63,867 bases of DNA, filler included, from Vezdaea acicularis (GCA_026025075.1; 4 parts of 4 records of this genome joined end to end with filler, not necessarily neighbours in it); one strand, 5' to 3'. Shown: positions 50,311 through 63,867, counted from the first letter of the whole stretch. Translations and numbers: made by a program. The notes: generated from the sequence alone by a model not told the origin.

Positions 50311-52008
50311 ATGGCCTCACCAAGCACAGGGCCACCAGCGCCTCCTGTTGACCGTACAGATAGCGACCCTTCAATCGAAGAACATGATGAGGACACTCCC
50401 CTCCTACGACGCACGTCTACACAATCCGCTCAAAAATTAGCCCTTTCAAGCAAAAGCACTGGCTATCTTGCTCTCCTCGCGCTTCCAGTTGGGGGGTACA
50501 ACTCCTCGTCACCCTTCTCATACCACATGCCCTAACGTATCGTAGCTTGCAAATAGCATGGACGGTTCAGCAATCCAACTTCACAGCATGGGCCCCTTTT
50601 ACTCACTTGTCTTTCGCTCTTGGCTAACATGTTGCCTCTTAGCCCTACCTACTCTCCCTTGGTCTGACCAAAAGCCTAATGGCACTGATCTGGATCATCG
50701 GCCCCCTTTGTGGCGTCCTAGTCCAACCCTACATTGGAGTTCAAAGCGACAATTCGCGCTCACGTTTCGGAAAGCGTGTGCCCTTCATGCTCATGGGTGG
50801 GACTGGAACAGCTGGTGCAACAATGGGTTTGGCGTGGACGAGAGAGCTAGTAGAGGGGATTGCGCGGATGACTGGGCACCTGGCGAAAGAGAAGGGTGTG
50901 GTGATCTCCATACAGATCGTTGCTGTATTCTGGGTCTTTTTGTTGAATGTGGCAATTAATGTTGGTAAATTTTCAACAAACAGTTCAACGAAAGCTTCTG
51001 TAAAGGCTAACTCGAACGATACAGTACAAGCATCAATTCGCGCCTTCATAGTCGATAACGCGCCGCCACACCAGCAAGCGCTGGCAAACGCGTGGGCGTC
51101 AAGAATGACGGGCTTCGGAAACATTCTGGGTTTTTTGTCCGGCTGGATTGATCTTCCTCATTTCCTGCCTTTCTTTGGCAATACCCAGTTCAAGGATCTT
51201 TGTGCCCTCGCAAGCATCGCCCTGGCGGGCACACTCGCCCTCAGCTCGGGAGTCATCCGCGAGAGAGATGCAAGATTTGAGCACCCAGCCGAGGGTAAGG
51301 CCGGCGTGCTTTCGTTCCTCAAGCATATATTTGCGAGTGTAAAGAGACTTCCGGCGCAGGTAAAGAGGGTCTGCGCTGTACAGTTCTTTGCATGGATAGG
51401 ATGGTTTCCTTATTTGTTCTATTATACAACTTATGTCGGACAGCTATGTAAGTATTCTTGTCCTCTACTCCACCTTTTATCTCCTTTACCAAAAAACCCC
51501 GGAATACTAAGCCACCCGCAGATGCCGATCCCTACTTTACCGCCAACCCGAACCTCAGCTCCTCGGAAATTGACACCATAATGGAGCGCGCGACCCGCCG
51601 TGGTACAATGGCCCTCTTCGTGTTCGCTTTGACATCGTTCAGCGCGAGCCTTATCCTTCCCCTCCTAGTCAGCCAAGTGAAAACAGCCGTCCACTCACCT
51701 ATCTCCTTCCTCAACAACCTCCAAATTCCCTTCTTGACCCTCCCCCGTCTCTGGGTTTCCTCCAATCTCCTCGCCGCATGCTGCCTCCTCAGCACTTTTT
51801 TCATACGTACGCCAACTGGCGCTACGGTTTTGACGGGCTTCATTGGCATTTCATGGGCTGTCTCACTTTGGGCGCCGTTTGCGCTCATCAGCGCCGAGAT
51901 AAGCGCCAGAGACACCGAAAGGCGACGATTGGAACGTGAGAACCCTGATGCGGCGGACGTGATGGTCAAGCAGGTGGAGGATCAAGCAGGGGTTGTCCTC
52001 GGCCTACA
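50311..52008 (+). CDS. Sucrose/alpha-glucoside:H+ symporter (SUT1-like, GPH/MFS), 3'-truncated by the contig end
   Basis: VGGLQIAW...PYLLSLGL...IWIIGPLCGVLVQPYIG..SDNSRSRFGKRVPF, VQASIRAFIVD, VQFFAWIGWFPYLFY and QAGVVLGL. Four introns visible. Confidence 0.92.
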
Positions 52009-52108
52009 NNNNNNNNNNNNNNNNNNNNNNNNNNNNNNNNNNNNNNNNNNNNTTAATTAATTAANNNNNNNNNNNNNNNNNNNNNNNNNNNNNNNNNNNN
52101 NNNNNNNN
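52009..52108. other. Artificial contig-joining linker
   Basis: 44 N + TTAATTAATTAA + 44 N. Confidence 0.98.
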
Positions 52109-52603
52109 GGGCCGGGCGGGGCGCGCTCATTGGTCCGCCGGCGTGGACGCGCCCTGGGGCGGTGGGACGGGGTGGGAAAGGCGCGGGCCACGGCGGAGGC
52201 CTGCGGCTGTCGACATTGGTGCGATGGCGGACGGGGCCGGGGTCGAGGGAGTAGTCGCGGCGTGCGCTCGTCCTAACTTGACCAGTTTCAGCGGGTCGGC
52301 CGCAAGCGAGGCCACCAGTGCGTGTCATCACAATTTTGCTATCCGCCCGCACTATCACGCTCTGGCGCAAGCTCACGACGAAGGAGCTTGGACGAAGAAC
52401 GAAAGACCAAGGCCGCGTGCACAGGCCGTCTATCGTCGTGCGAGGGAGGCAAGGAGAGAGAGAGAGAGGGCGAAAGAGTCGAACATCACATCACCAGGAT
52501 CTCCAACGCAAACTCTCGCGCCACTCGACCGTCCCAAATTTTCCTACGCGCCGCCCTTTCTATTGGCCTTCTTTAATCTCCCTTTTTCCCATGCATTGCC
52601 TTG

Positions 52604-53659
52604 ATGGCCTCCGTTGACGCCATGCCTTCGAAAACGGCAGTCGACCCCTCTCCGCCGTCCCTGACCTTTCCCCGCGCTACGTTTGCCGCCCTCTCACCAC
52701 GGCCATATCTGCTCGCGCATCTCCAACCGGCGTCCCCCTCGACTCCTCTTCGTCGACCCAACGGCCGTCGTCTGGATGAAACACGCGCTCCCACCTTACA
52801 CACCAATTCTCTCAGCCATGCACATGGCAGTGCCGTCGTCCGAGTGGGCGACACAGCAGTCGTCTGTGGCGTACGCGGGGAGCTGCTACATCTACGAGAC
52901 GTTTCGGGCTATCGTCTGCGCGATGGCCACAATCCCATCGAAGAGTTGGGCTTGTTGGTCCCGAACGTCGAGTTGGCAACAGGATGCAACCCGGCTCATC
53001 TGCCTGGATCACCGCCGTCGGCACTTGCGCAATCGCTCTCAATCCGCCTTCTATCGCTACTTCACACCACTCGGCTGATCCCGGCGACGGCCCTTGAGAT
53101 ATGGAACACGCCACCGGCCGAGGACCGCGAAGAGTGGGAAAGCCCAGAGCCCCAATTGAAGGCCTTTTGGACTCTCTACATTGACTTGGTCTTCATCTCC
53201 CTCGCGGGGAACCCTTTTGATGCGGCTTGGGGCGCGGTCCTGGCGGCGCTGTCTGCTACCAAACTACCTCATACGTGGTGGTCTCCGGATGATGAAGAGG
53301 TCCTCTGCTCGCCATTGGCCTCCGAAACTACATCACTCGGCTTGACCAGTATGCCCATTGCATGTACCTTTGTGGCGATTACCACGGTCCCGCCCGGTCA
53401 GCCAATCTCACAGTCGGCGAAAGGAGAGACTTCTTCGTGGGTTCTTGTTGATCCGGATACGTTTGAGGAAGGGCAGTGCAAAGAGTCCATCACGTTGGTT
53501 GTGGACTGCTCATCACAGGGTACTGGCAAAGCCAGGATACTGCGGTTAGAGAAAAGTGGAGGCGCTTGTGTGGGAAAGGCTGAGATGGTGGATCTAGTTA
53601 GCAGGGCTGCTGCACGGTGGTCGGAATGGTGGGACGTTCTGAAGAGCATTCAAGCCTAA
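52604..53659 (+). CDS. RRP43: Exosome core subunit Rrp43 (RNase PH-like)
   Basis: SLTFPRATFAALSP, RPNGR, GSAVVRVGDTAVVCGVRGE, LLVPNVELATGC, WTLYIDLVFISLAGNPFDAAW, LVDPDTFEE and LEKSGG. Intronless. Start may be 52604 or 52622. Confidence 0.88.
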   Translation: MASVDAMPSKTAVDPSPPSLTFPRATFAALSPRPYLLAHLQPASPSTPLRRPNGRRLDETRAPTLHTNSLSHAHGSAVVRVGDTAVVCGVRGELLHLRDVSGYRLRDGHNPIEELGLLVPNVELATGCNPAHLPGSPPSALAQSLSIRLLSLLHTTRLIPATALEIWNTPPAEDREEWESPEPQLKAFWTLYIDLVFISLAGNPFDAAWGAVLAALSATKLPHTWWSPDDEEVLCSPLASETTSLGLTSMPIACTFVAITTVPPGQPISQSAKGETSSWVLVDPDTFEEGQCKESITLVVDCSSQGTGKARILRLEKSGGACVGKAEMVDLVSRAAARWSEWWDVLKSIQA

Positions 53660-54462
53660 AATAGAATCCGTTGTCTATTGTGATACCCTTACTGCATCGG
53701 CTGGGAGTTGGTCCCTTATATGGCTCTTTAGATGGATAACAAGTCACATAACCTTCAGAGGTCGTACACCGTCTTTGTCGCTTCTACAGCGCCTTAACTC
53801 TTTCTACTTATAAACATAATTCCAGGTAGTCCCAAGGACTTAGGATCAGTCTTCTTAAAAATTCTCTGATACTTGAAAGTCTCTTTCCTAAATTTGGCTT
53901 ATTTATTACCACTCGTCATTGCTTGCAGAAGTCAGATCACCTTACTTTGGACATGCCCAATTGCCTAATTCGGAAAGCATCGGGACTTGCCGCGACAGCT
54001 TGGCGGGACCCAGCACACGAACACGAAACACAACTCGCGATGAACTTCACATCTGTGTGTTGCCATGGGGAGAGGCATGAGAGGGACCGAACACAAAGAC
54101 CTCGGCAATCATCCTCAACACGGCGCCCTTTGAACATACTGTGTTGTGGCTCTGGCTCTATAAATTGCCCGCACCCCCCCCAACTCTTTGCTTTCGTTCT
54201 TTACGTTCATCCTGACTGTGTTGACAATCTGCTTGGAAGTGGCCTGGCTGATATCCACTCTTTATGCTGAATGTTCGTGCTGCTCGTAAATAGCCCATAG
54301 AGTTGTTGCATGTGTGCTGCAGGCTATTGCTCTGCCATTCGAAGCTTGAAACTTTTGAACGTGGCCGACGGCGTTGACCTCCCTACTTCGGGCGAGCTGC
54401 TGCACGATCGTTCCTTAGCCAGCCAGCCTTGCTTGAGGTTGCTGACCTAAACAAGACCGGAG

Positions 54463-57400
54463 ATGGAGGAAGACCTAGATAATAACTTCACGTGAGCTCT
54501 CCCATGTCATCAATGTCTTGCTTGACACGATACCTCCGTGTATCAACCCGAACTTTGCTAACATGCCTCTCCCTTATAGTGCTCTCCAGTCATTCCCTGA
54601 GGAACTACACTGGTACTGCCCCCGAGTTTCTAAGGACGATGACACGGTTTACGACGAGACCGAGGCGGGCGAAGCTGGCAACGATATGCCCCTAGAATAC
54701 CAGAAACGGTTGAAAGATGGAATATCTAGAAGAAGAATTGCAGTCGATTGCCTACTCATTGCAAGTTTCGATGATGAAAAGTTACAGCCAAGAGTACAGT
54801 TTCTCAAGGACGGAATGTCTGTGCAATTAGGCAGATGTGAAGATTGCATAGAGCGATACTATGAAGAAAAGTCAAGGCTTCTTGAGCGACTAAGGTAATC
54901 CTCTGCCTGGATAGGTTTCTAAATCAGATAAACTAACGCTCTGTAGCGATTACGCCGAAGATATGGTCAAGCAATTCTTCGATATAATAGATGGGTGGGA
55001 CCTCGAAAGATTGGCAGCAGGCCTCACGTCAGCTCTCAAACAGCTCAACGCGATGAACCCCAAAGAGCGATCATTCAGTCGTCTCGATCCCCAAGAAATG
55101 TTTGCGATTTTCGAAACCCTAGCCAGTGAGCCGGCGCTTAAACGTAATGGCTTTCTCGTCAAGTATTTCGATAAGCCCTTTGAGCTCTGTCAGACTCTCA
55201 AGGGGCTCAAGGTAATGAGCTACGTCCCCGCAATGGGTTACTTCCTGTTTTCCAACAACCTGGTCAGGTATCAGTGGGCGCAGTCCAATTGGTCTCGCCA
55301 GAACTTTCCTCAATTGACAGTCGCAATATTCGACCAAAAACTGAGAAATTCAATTCAAGATGGGGTCTTAAAGGCGAGAGAGGCACCGAAGCTAGATTCC
55401 CTTCCAAAGTTCTGGCAATCTATCCGTCTAATCGTGGAGAAGATGAACAAGGAGCTTATTTCCCATTCTCTACGAGGCTTGGATGAGAACCTCTACGTGA
55501 TTGCACTGGACCACTTGCAGCTTCATTCTGCTGCTGTTCATCAGATACTGGGTCTCCTTCGACAGCTCTTAATCATATCTCCGCAGGACTTCTGGGATGC
55601 GCTGGGCACGATAAACGCGCAATCAGTGGTCGAAAACGCCTTCCGATCTACGTATCTGCGTGACTACTTTCTAGCAATCGGTGAGGATGGGTCTTCTGAA
55701 GGGGTTCCGTTGCAAGAAACTACAAACTGGATTTTTCCGTTCATGAAATCACTGAAGGCTCCCGTAATGCCCATGGCATGCAGAGCTTTTTCAAGACAGT
55801 TCTTCGGTGAGTTCCAGTCAGTAGAACGTGGCTACCCAGATTTGGTCAAGAGTTACTTTGCTAGCTTGGGATTCAAGATCATTGCTTTGACCCTGAATGC
55901 ACTAAAGGATGGCTTCACGGCTGACACGCTGTCCGTCAGTCGCTATGTGGTGTCGGAAGTGATGAGTATTGTGGAAGACTATAAGGATATCTTGATCGCC
56001 TCAGCGACGATGCCCGAGACTGATTTGAGTACCCGCGCTCTCTCAAGCGCTGCAGTCGATGCTTTACTCAGTGCTTTGGATCTCGACTGCTCCTCTATGA
56101 CTTCTGACATGGAGCATCTTGTGGCAAGCGAGGTTCTCGATGATACCCCTGGACAGTTCTCCAAGAAGCTCTGGGAAGAGCTGGCCAAAAAAATACGACC
56201 TCATGACATTGTTCTCGGCAAGACCGCCTTGATCGCGATGAATGCTTTCGTGGGCCTCGAAGAAATCAAAGTTCCTACAGCGCGATTGCAAAATGGGAGC
56301 AGTGAGAGCGATGACAATATTCGACAGTGCCGACAGTTTAACAAATCGATGAATGGATTTGTGGAGGTGGTGGCTGAAATCTTGCAAAAGATTAGCCAAT
56401 TTGACCCTCTCGACCTCGATTCACTCTATTCTGATCAAGCTACGGCCACCGCTCTCATTGGGGCTCTCTTCTCGTCTAACATGTACATTTTTGATGGCGC
56501 TGTGGACGTTCTGAAGAGCGTCAGCTCTCAGGCAACCCGACTAGATGCTATGGTTCATATCCTAACATCCTTTCTATCTCCAACGATCAAAGCTCTGATC
56601 TGGACGATTCGTCGGATAGAGTCGAGGAAGATCTTCGTATCTTTCCCGCCGATGCTCAAGATAGGTGGCAACATCTTGGATGCTCTATGCTCTGACGATG
56701 TTGGAATTCTGAAGAAGAAAAACCTGACATCAACAGCAGAGGCTTCGCTGGTCTCGCAATTCTGGCTGCGCCAATGGCATTCGCTCAAGACTATCTTCCA
56801 GACCACCGAACTCTGGAGTCAATTCTACGCAAAGGAAAAGGAAGAACTCTCAAATTTCTGTCGTGATACCATGCAGCACGCGGACAAGCTTTTCGACTAT
56901 TTCAGTATCTTTCGCTATGCAATCGAGTCGGTCCAAGCGACTCAGGGGGAGGTCAGTGTGGCTGAAGCGCTACTAAGGCAAACCACCCTAACACTGAACT
57001 ATATGGTAAAATGGCTTCGTCTGAGCGACTCTCTGCTCTTGGAGATCATTACTGGTCTGATCTGCAAGATACTCCATCGTCTAGCTGAATTGAAAATGAC
57101 AGTGGACGAAGGGTCACTTGATTACGTTAGAAGGGTAGTCACCAGAAACCAAACAAAGACCAACCTAGAGCCGCAGCAAAAGGCGAGATTGGGAATTGCC
57201 GTGGACCGCTTCCGAGTCACGAAACCGAGCACTGCGAATACTGTCCAAGGGGTTAAGCAGACCAAGCAAACCAAGCAGAGTTCTATAATTGGCTATACCA
57301 CCCCATCGAACAAGCAGGAAGCAGTAGACCTGGACGACTCAGTCTCGGATGTTAAGAATGGAGCCGATGTCTATACGGTCTACCGTGATGGTAGCATCAA

Positions 57401-60400
57401 ACGCTCGACCTCTCAACCATCCGCAGGGCCAGGACATCCCGCCCCCCAGGGACATGTTCAGACCCCGCTCTCGGGTTCTGTGGAGGGAAAGCTGTCCTTC
57501 AGAGAAAGGAGAGCCGCCAAAGATGCCGCGACAATTCAACGAGAAGCCCAGAAGCAGAAGGAAAGAGATGCATTCCTCGAAACACGACGAAGAGAGAAGA
57601 TGGAGATGGAAACGAAGAAAAGAGAAGCAAGGCTTGCGCGCAATAAGCTGAATGCTAATGAAGGCTCGGCTTTGTCCAGTTTGCGGGGGGTTGCAGGAGT
57701 GGATCATACTCCAGCGCATATCAAGTCTAGCATCATGGTCTCTTCTGGATCGGAATCCGGCTCGGAGTCAGACAGCGATAGTGACGCTTCTGGCAGTGGT
57801 CTCTTTACTGAAATTGCAAAGGCTCGTCCGTCTACAGCAAAATCCGGACCCGAAAGGGTTAAAGAGGCGGCTCTGACGAATCTTGTACAAGGGCCTACAA
57901 AGATGAAAAGACACCTGAAAACTGATAAGGCAATGCGCGCAAGGGTGAATCCTGACATGTCACCTTTGCATAAGACTATACTTGGCTGGAACTTCTTCAG
58001 CGAAGGAGATTTCCCGCCGAATTCTGAGAAAAGCGACTACAGTCTTGTAAGGAACAGTTTCAACGATCCTAGAGAGTATCAGCAAGTATTTCAACAACTT
58101 CATGCTTTAGAAGCTTGGCAGGGAATCCAGAAGGAAAAGGAGGAACTTACAGACGCCAGGGTCTTTGAGGTTAAGATCGGCACTCGTATAGCAGTTGATG
58201 CATTCGTGGAGATACAATGCACAATGGACCAGGTGAAGTTTAAAGAAAGTAACCTCAGTCCAGGAGACCTTGTACTGATCTCGCGAGGTGATAAACCGCT
58301 TCGAGAACCCAGTCGCCCGAACTGCCTCGCGCGAGTCCTCAGATCCAACTTCAAGAAGGCCCAGGGAAAGAACATATCGGAAGTGACATACAGACTCAAA
58401 CCGAATGCGTCTTTGTCACCCTCGTTAACACCAGGTGGCACCTTCAAAGGCATGAGAATAACTTCTCTGGTCTCACTGGAGCGAGAATACAGCTCTCTGC
58501 TTGGCCTGGAGTATTATGACCTTTGCACCGAGATCGTTCAAGGAAAGATATCCCCAATCCCAGAGTATAAGCCAAATATCATCAATGCCATTGCGAGCAA
58601 TTACGAGGTTAACTTTGCCCAAGCGAAGGCGATCAAGTGCGCTATTGATAATGACTATTTCACTTTGATTCAGGGGTAAGTCGATTTCTACCTCATCCCC
58701 CGAGACATTTACCTGGTTGCTAACCACTTAAAGGCCGCCTGGCTCTGGAAAAACGAAGACAATCGTCGCAATTGTGGGAGCTCTGCTTTCCGACAAGGTC
58801 ATGAGTCAGCCCCAAGCTAGACCAGTGATAATTCCGACACCGAAGCATCAGAATGTTGCAACTCCCGCGGTGAAGAAGTTGCTGGTTTGCGCACCCAGCA
58901 ATGCAGCAGTAGACGAGCTTGTGATGCGATTCAAAGGCGGTGTCAGGGATTTGACAGGTAAACATCGAAAGATTTCCGTCATTCGTCTCGGTAGAAGCGA
59001 TGTTATAAACGCAAACATCAAAGATGTCACCCTAGATGTACTTATTCAGAACAAACTGGATTCCGAAAACAAGGCGAAGCCGGTTGAAGACGTTGGCGCC
59101 GATATCAACACGCTGGTTGAAAAGATGAGAGAGCGGGGAGCTGAGGTGGATGTGCTGTATGATGCCCTCAACGCGGCCAGGGCTAAGGGCGAAGACACCA
59201 AGGATCTCGAAAGGTCTATCGAGGAAAAGAAAAGAGAAAAGAGGACCCTTGGTGAGAAGACGGATCGGCTCCGTGATAGTAAGCAGCAGAGAGTCCGTGA
59301 AGCCGATGAGGTGCGAAAGAGGGCACAGAAAGAAATCCTAAATGGTGCAGATGTCCTATGTGCAACGCTCAGCGGCAGTGGTCACGAAATGTTCCAAAAC
59401 ATGGACATTGAGTTCGAGACGGTCATCATTGACGAGGCTGCCCAGTCCGTTGAGGTCAGTGCTTTGATACCGCTCAAATACGGCTGTGTCAAGTGCATTC
59501 TTGTCGGAGATCCGAAGCAGCTACCACCCACTGTCATCTCCCGGGAGGCGCAGCGTCTTCAGTACGAACAGAGTCTGTTTGTCCGAATGCAAGATAACCA
59601 CAAAGACCGAGTTCTTCTGCTTGATGTCCAGTATCGAATGCACCCAGAGATCAGCAGCTTTCCAAGCAAAACATTCTATGACAATCTCCTCAAGGACGGC
59701 GATGGCATGGCCGCTCTCCGGAAGAAGCCTTGGCATGCAAGCGAACTGCTTGCCCCCTATCGTTTCTGCGACGTCCAAGGCCAGCAACAGAATGCGGCGA
59801 AAGGTCACTCCTTGATCAACATGACAGAGGTTAGTGTCGCAGTCCGGCTTTATGATCGACTGAGGCATGAATGCCCTACGTATGATTTCACTGGCAAAAT
59901 CGGCATCATCACGCCTTACAAAGCTCAATTGAGGGAATTGCAACAGCGCTTTACTCGAAGGTATGGAGATAAAATCAACGACATCATAGACTTCAATACT
60001 ACGGATGCGTTTCAGGGCCGAGAGAGTGAGATTATCATCTTCTCTTGTGTGCGAGCGTCTGACAAGGGCGTGGGCTTTGTTGGTGACATTCGACGGATGA
60101 ATGTTGGTCTTACGCGAGCCAAGTCCTCACTCTGGATCCTCGGCAATTCCCGAGCTCTAGTCACGAATGATTTCTGGCGTCGGCTGGTTGAGGATGCAAA
60201 AGAGCGAAATCGCTACTCAGGGGGCGCGAATCTTGCCTCCTTCCTCAACCAGCCTATGGTGAAGCCTGACGCCCTTACACAGCCTATATCCCCTCAAGAT
60301 GTTGAGATGGTTGATGCTCCATCCGAAGAGCCAAATCCCAAGCGGGTCAAATTAAAGGCAAGAAGGGCGGTGCCATTGAACGACCAGAAACCGGGAGATA

Positions 60401-60792
60401 CGCCGCCAAAGTCACCTCCCGATGATACTCTCGACAATAAGTACAAACCGGAATCAAAGGCTCTTCAGACCCAGACAAAGAAAGAAAAGGATGAAGATAA
60501 TACGCAAGACACAAGCATTGGTTCCCAGAAGAGAAAGAGGTCTCCTTCACTAAAGGCTCCGGTGGCGACATTCAGACCCGGGGATGGGCCTGCCAGACCA
60601 CCGCTCAGACTTCCGGGCAACACGAACTCTACAGCAAACAGCCCAACTCCACAAAATTCAAATGGCCCCGACGCGTCCGGCGGAACGCCCGCGGAAACAG
60701 CACCTAGAAGAGCAGGAAATCCTCCGCCCCGCCTCATCAAACGACGTAATAACCGGGAGACCGATATTTTCATACGACCTAAAAAGCGATAG
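54463..60792 (+). CDS. SEN1: Sen1 superfamily-1 RNA/DNA helicase (senataxin homologue), 4 exons
   Basis: N-terminal Sen1-N domain (LHWYCP...CEDCI), TLIQG|PPGSGKT, LVCAPSNAAVDE, DEAAQ, VGDPKQLPPT, QYRMHPEIS, DAFQGRE and RRMNVGLTRA. Introns at about 54492-54579, 54895-54947 and 58676-58733. Start codon tentative. Confidence 0.95.
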
Positions 60793-63700
60793 AAGAATTG
60801 CATGGGTAAGGAGAAACTGGAGTTTTTTGGGGTACGAATTCAGGCACGGCGTGCGCTGATGTACTTCTGGCATTTTTCTCTCAAACGGGGAGCATGATAA
60901 AGGGGGCATAGACAATGGCAGCATAGCGTTAGGAGAGAAACAGTCCTGATGTGTTTTGTTTCCTTCAATTGATGTTAATGATTGATGATCATTAAATCCT
61001 TACTTTTTCTCTCTTTCCCCCCCTTTCTCTTTGGTCTATACTGCTGCTGCATCAAACCAGGCACTTCTTCCTCAGATTGGGATGTAAGCCTTGGCACGTC
61101 GAACTAGATTGGCTCTTGTTTTGGCACCCTTCCCCACAAAGGGGTTTTCTGCGGCGTCCATATTCCGTCCTCGATATATCGGCAGAGAATGTGCTTGCCC
61201 TGCTATGCATAAGGCTAGGGTTTGATGCCAGAAATTTGGGGGGATCACGGGGTTGGATATCTTTGGATGGGATGGGGAGCCCCTTGTATTTCCTTTGTTC
61301 CTCTATTCCTCTGTTCGCCTCCGCGAACGGATCGAAGAAGCGTGAGCCCCTCCCTCCAACCCTGGTCCTTGGCTAGCTGGGTAAGCATGATTGTGAACGT
61401 GGGCTGTGACTGTGACCGTGTGACTTCGACTATAGCTTTTTGGTAGCATGCTTACGTTGTGTGTGTGTGTATGTGAATTGCTTCGTCCTCTGTACCCGGC
61501 CATCATGAGACTGCTTTCGCGCCGGTCTCTGAGCCTCATTTTGTGAGCTGGCTGGCTCGGTAGTTCGTGATGCTCCTCCATCAACCATTCTCTTCCCCCC
61601 AAGTTCTTCGAGATTTTTTTCTTTTTCCGATAGCGAACTTCATCCCAGAAGCCCCATTGGCCTGAAAACAAAACGTTCTCCAAAAGTTCGCCAAAAGCGG
61701 GAACCCCCCTGCACTTAGCGCATTTTTCCTCCACCCTCCCAGCATCCCTGGTTGGTTCACTGGCTAGGTTCGGCTTGGCAGGGCCCTGTCCGCTTCGGGC
61801 GAGGGATCCGCGTTCCCCGTCCGCGGACTCGGTTCGGAGGTGCGCCAAGCCCAAGCCGATGTGTGGCCTGCGATGGCCGCGGGTGGGATTTGGTCGCTTT
61901 TGACGATGATGAGAGGTTGGTGGGATGAGAATTGGTCGTGGTGGAGGAGGAGGATATGAGATGGGCCTGATGACTGAGGATCTGTGGATTGGGCGGATCG
62001 GGAAGATGGTGGTGATGCACGTCAACTCCGCACAGCGAGGGATGGTGAGGGAGTGGGGGAGGCAGGTCGTGGGCCCTAATGTACCAGGGGGAGAGGCGGG
62101 GGGATGCTGCAGTGCGGTGAACGGTCGAGAAGCACTTTTCATCACCACCATTCAGCCATCACCGTACCTCAACGCAGTAAGCCAGGTTCAGAAGCCTCAT
62201 CCATGATTCTTTCCTGAAGCCTCTAATTACCATCTGACTCGGCATCGAGCTGGCAGGAAACACGACGCTCGTTCATTCTCTGGGCCGCTGTTGCCCGGTT
62301 CGTTCTCCGCTTACGACGCTGTGAACGATCGGAAAATTGTCCGACTGCGTCAACGGCCCGCTCGAAGGGTTATGGCGTCTGGCGCCGCTGCGCTTGCGAA
62401 CTTGACGGATCACTGCTAATGCACGAGCATCACAGGCGCCGTGTTGCCTCCTTCGATCGCAAGGCCTCCCGACTCCTTGATTGATCTCGTTCCTGGATGG
62501 ACTCTACGGGCGAATCTTCTCCGCAAAGCCGAAGACGAAGTTTGTGGGCTCTTTTGCGTGCTCGATGTACAAATGCTAATATACGAGTAGGCCTATCAAA
62601 AGCGTTCATTCGGAGACGGCTCACTCGTCCCGGTTCGAGCTCACGAACCGTCTGCGGCGCTGGACTGAACTGATCGGAGCATGGGGGCCGCCCTTTTCGA
62701 TGGACAGGAACCGGGTTGGCGAACTTTGTCGATCAGCGGGCGGCATGGCGAATCGATCCCATCGTGAAGCCCAAGATGGCATAACGTCAGGGGGGCTCCG
62801 AATTGGGTTGATGTTGTTGGACAACGGCGCTGGGGGAGCCGGCCAGTGGCACGCCCCGTTGTCTTACTGCGTCTCTCGTGCCGGCGAAGTACTGGGCTCG
62901 GTTGGCTTTCCCTTGGTCCTTGGTGTTGTCTTGCCTTGCCTTGTCTTTCCCGGGCATGGGCCCCCCAAACATCGATTCCCCTTCTTGGGGCGATGGCCCG
63001 TGGCGTCGAGGCCGGCTGGGGATGCGCTCGGGGGTTGAATGGCTCTCAGTCGTCCTCGGCCCGGGTCCCTGCGCACATCACCGACCAGCTTCAGCTTGGG
63101 CCGACGATGGAGCTCGGTCGGTGGTGGCACGGCGAACTGATCGCAGATAGGGCCTCTGTGCATCGCGAGCGCATTCGCTCGAGCCAGCCGGCGGCGCTGC
63201 TGCTGCTTTGGCGTCTGCGCCGCCAGTCCGTCTGGGCGAGAGCTGTTGTGCGCGCCCGCCCGAAAAGGGCCGCTCGGGAACGTCGTGTGGCTTCTGATCG
63301 CGTCGGTGATGGGCTGCGCTGCTTCACCTCCACCACCACCTCCCTTCCGTCCTGGCCTAGCTCGTAGATCGTAGATGTTCATTTGCTGCCGACGGGACTC
63401 CCAGTGGCACGATAGAGAGGAAAGAATGAAGAGACGAACGTGTGCGACGGCATCCCCCGGTGGGGCCATATCTACCGTCCTCATTCTCTGACCGTCCCCT
63501 TGCGCTGTTCGTTCCACCGCCGTCTTCTCATCGACTCCATCTTTCATCTAACTGCCCCCTTCCCCCAAAGCAGGCCCCTTGCGAGAGCTAAGTAGGCCAA
63601 ATCATAGATCGAGAGCGGCCCCCAGGATTCGCCGGCGACGGACCGACCGCGTCGCCCTGCCATTGGTGCGCCGAGAGATTGATTGGCATCTCAGTCCTTG

Positions 63701-63867
63701 CGCCGCCTACCCAGCCCTGCGTTCTCTCTCTCTCCAACCCGCACGTCAATTTGCAGAAACGACCTCTCCATCTCTTTCCTCGCCTCATCAACGGTCATTC
63801 ATGTCTCTGTGACATTGGGAGCACAATCTGTTGCGACTAGCGTAAGGGTTCCAGCATGCATGATACA

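Noticed and set aside
60793..63867. Long ORFs after SEN1 (e.g. 61303-62151 and 62864-63547, minus strand)
   Set aside because: No recognisable domain, Arg/Pro/Ser-rich composition typical of GC-rich non-coding DNA, and overlapping ORFs in several frames.

Overview
Eukaryotic DNA from a filamentous ascomycete (Pezizomycotina-type introns with CTAAC/CTGAC branch sites). The window is not one locus. Three identical artificial 100-bp linkers (44 N + TTAATTAATTAA + 44 N) join four contigs of at least 17345, 17296, 17167 and at least 11759 bp, apparently sorted by size, so adjacency across linkers has no biological meaning. Contig 1 has the 3' end of an unknown gene, an LtrA-family membrane protein, BRX1, EMC7, a WW-domain protein, EDE1, alpha-tubulin and the start of a secreted protein. 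Contig 2 has a hairpin-rich segment, a possible solo LTR with 19-bp repeats, an XprG/VIB-1-type NDT80 transcription factor, a TACC/Slk19-like protein, a HeLo-domain pseudokinase, an FAD monooxygenase and an RTA1-like protein. Contig 3 has RVS161, a SAT4/HAL4 kinase, a CaMKK, BET5, a peptidyl-tRNA hydrolase, a decayed phenylalanine ammonia-lyase fragment next to a 272-bp MITE-like element, and a sucrose transporter. Contig 4 has RRP43 and SEN1. The most interesting item is the HeLo-pseudokinase, whose architecture and degenerate kinase motifs resemble the necroptosis effector MLKL, about 6 kb from a regulator of the fungal cell-death/incompatibility family. All family assignments come from recalled motifs; no database search was run.
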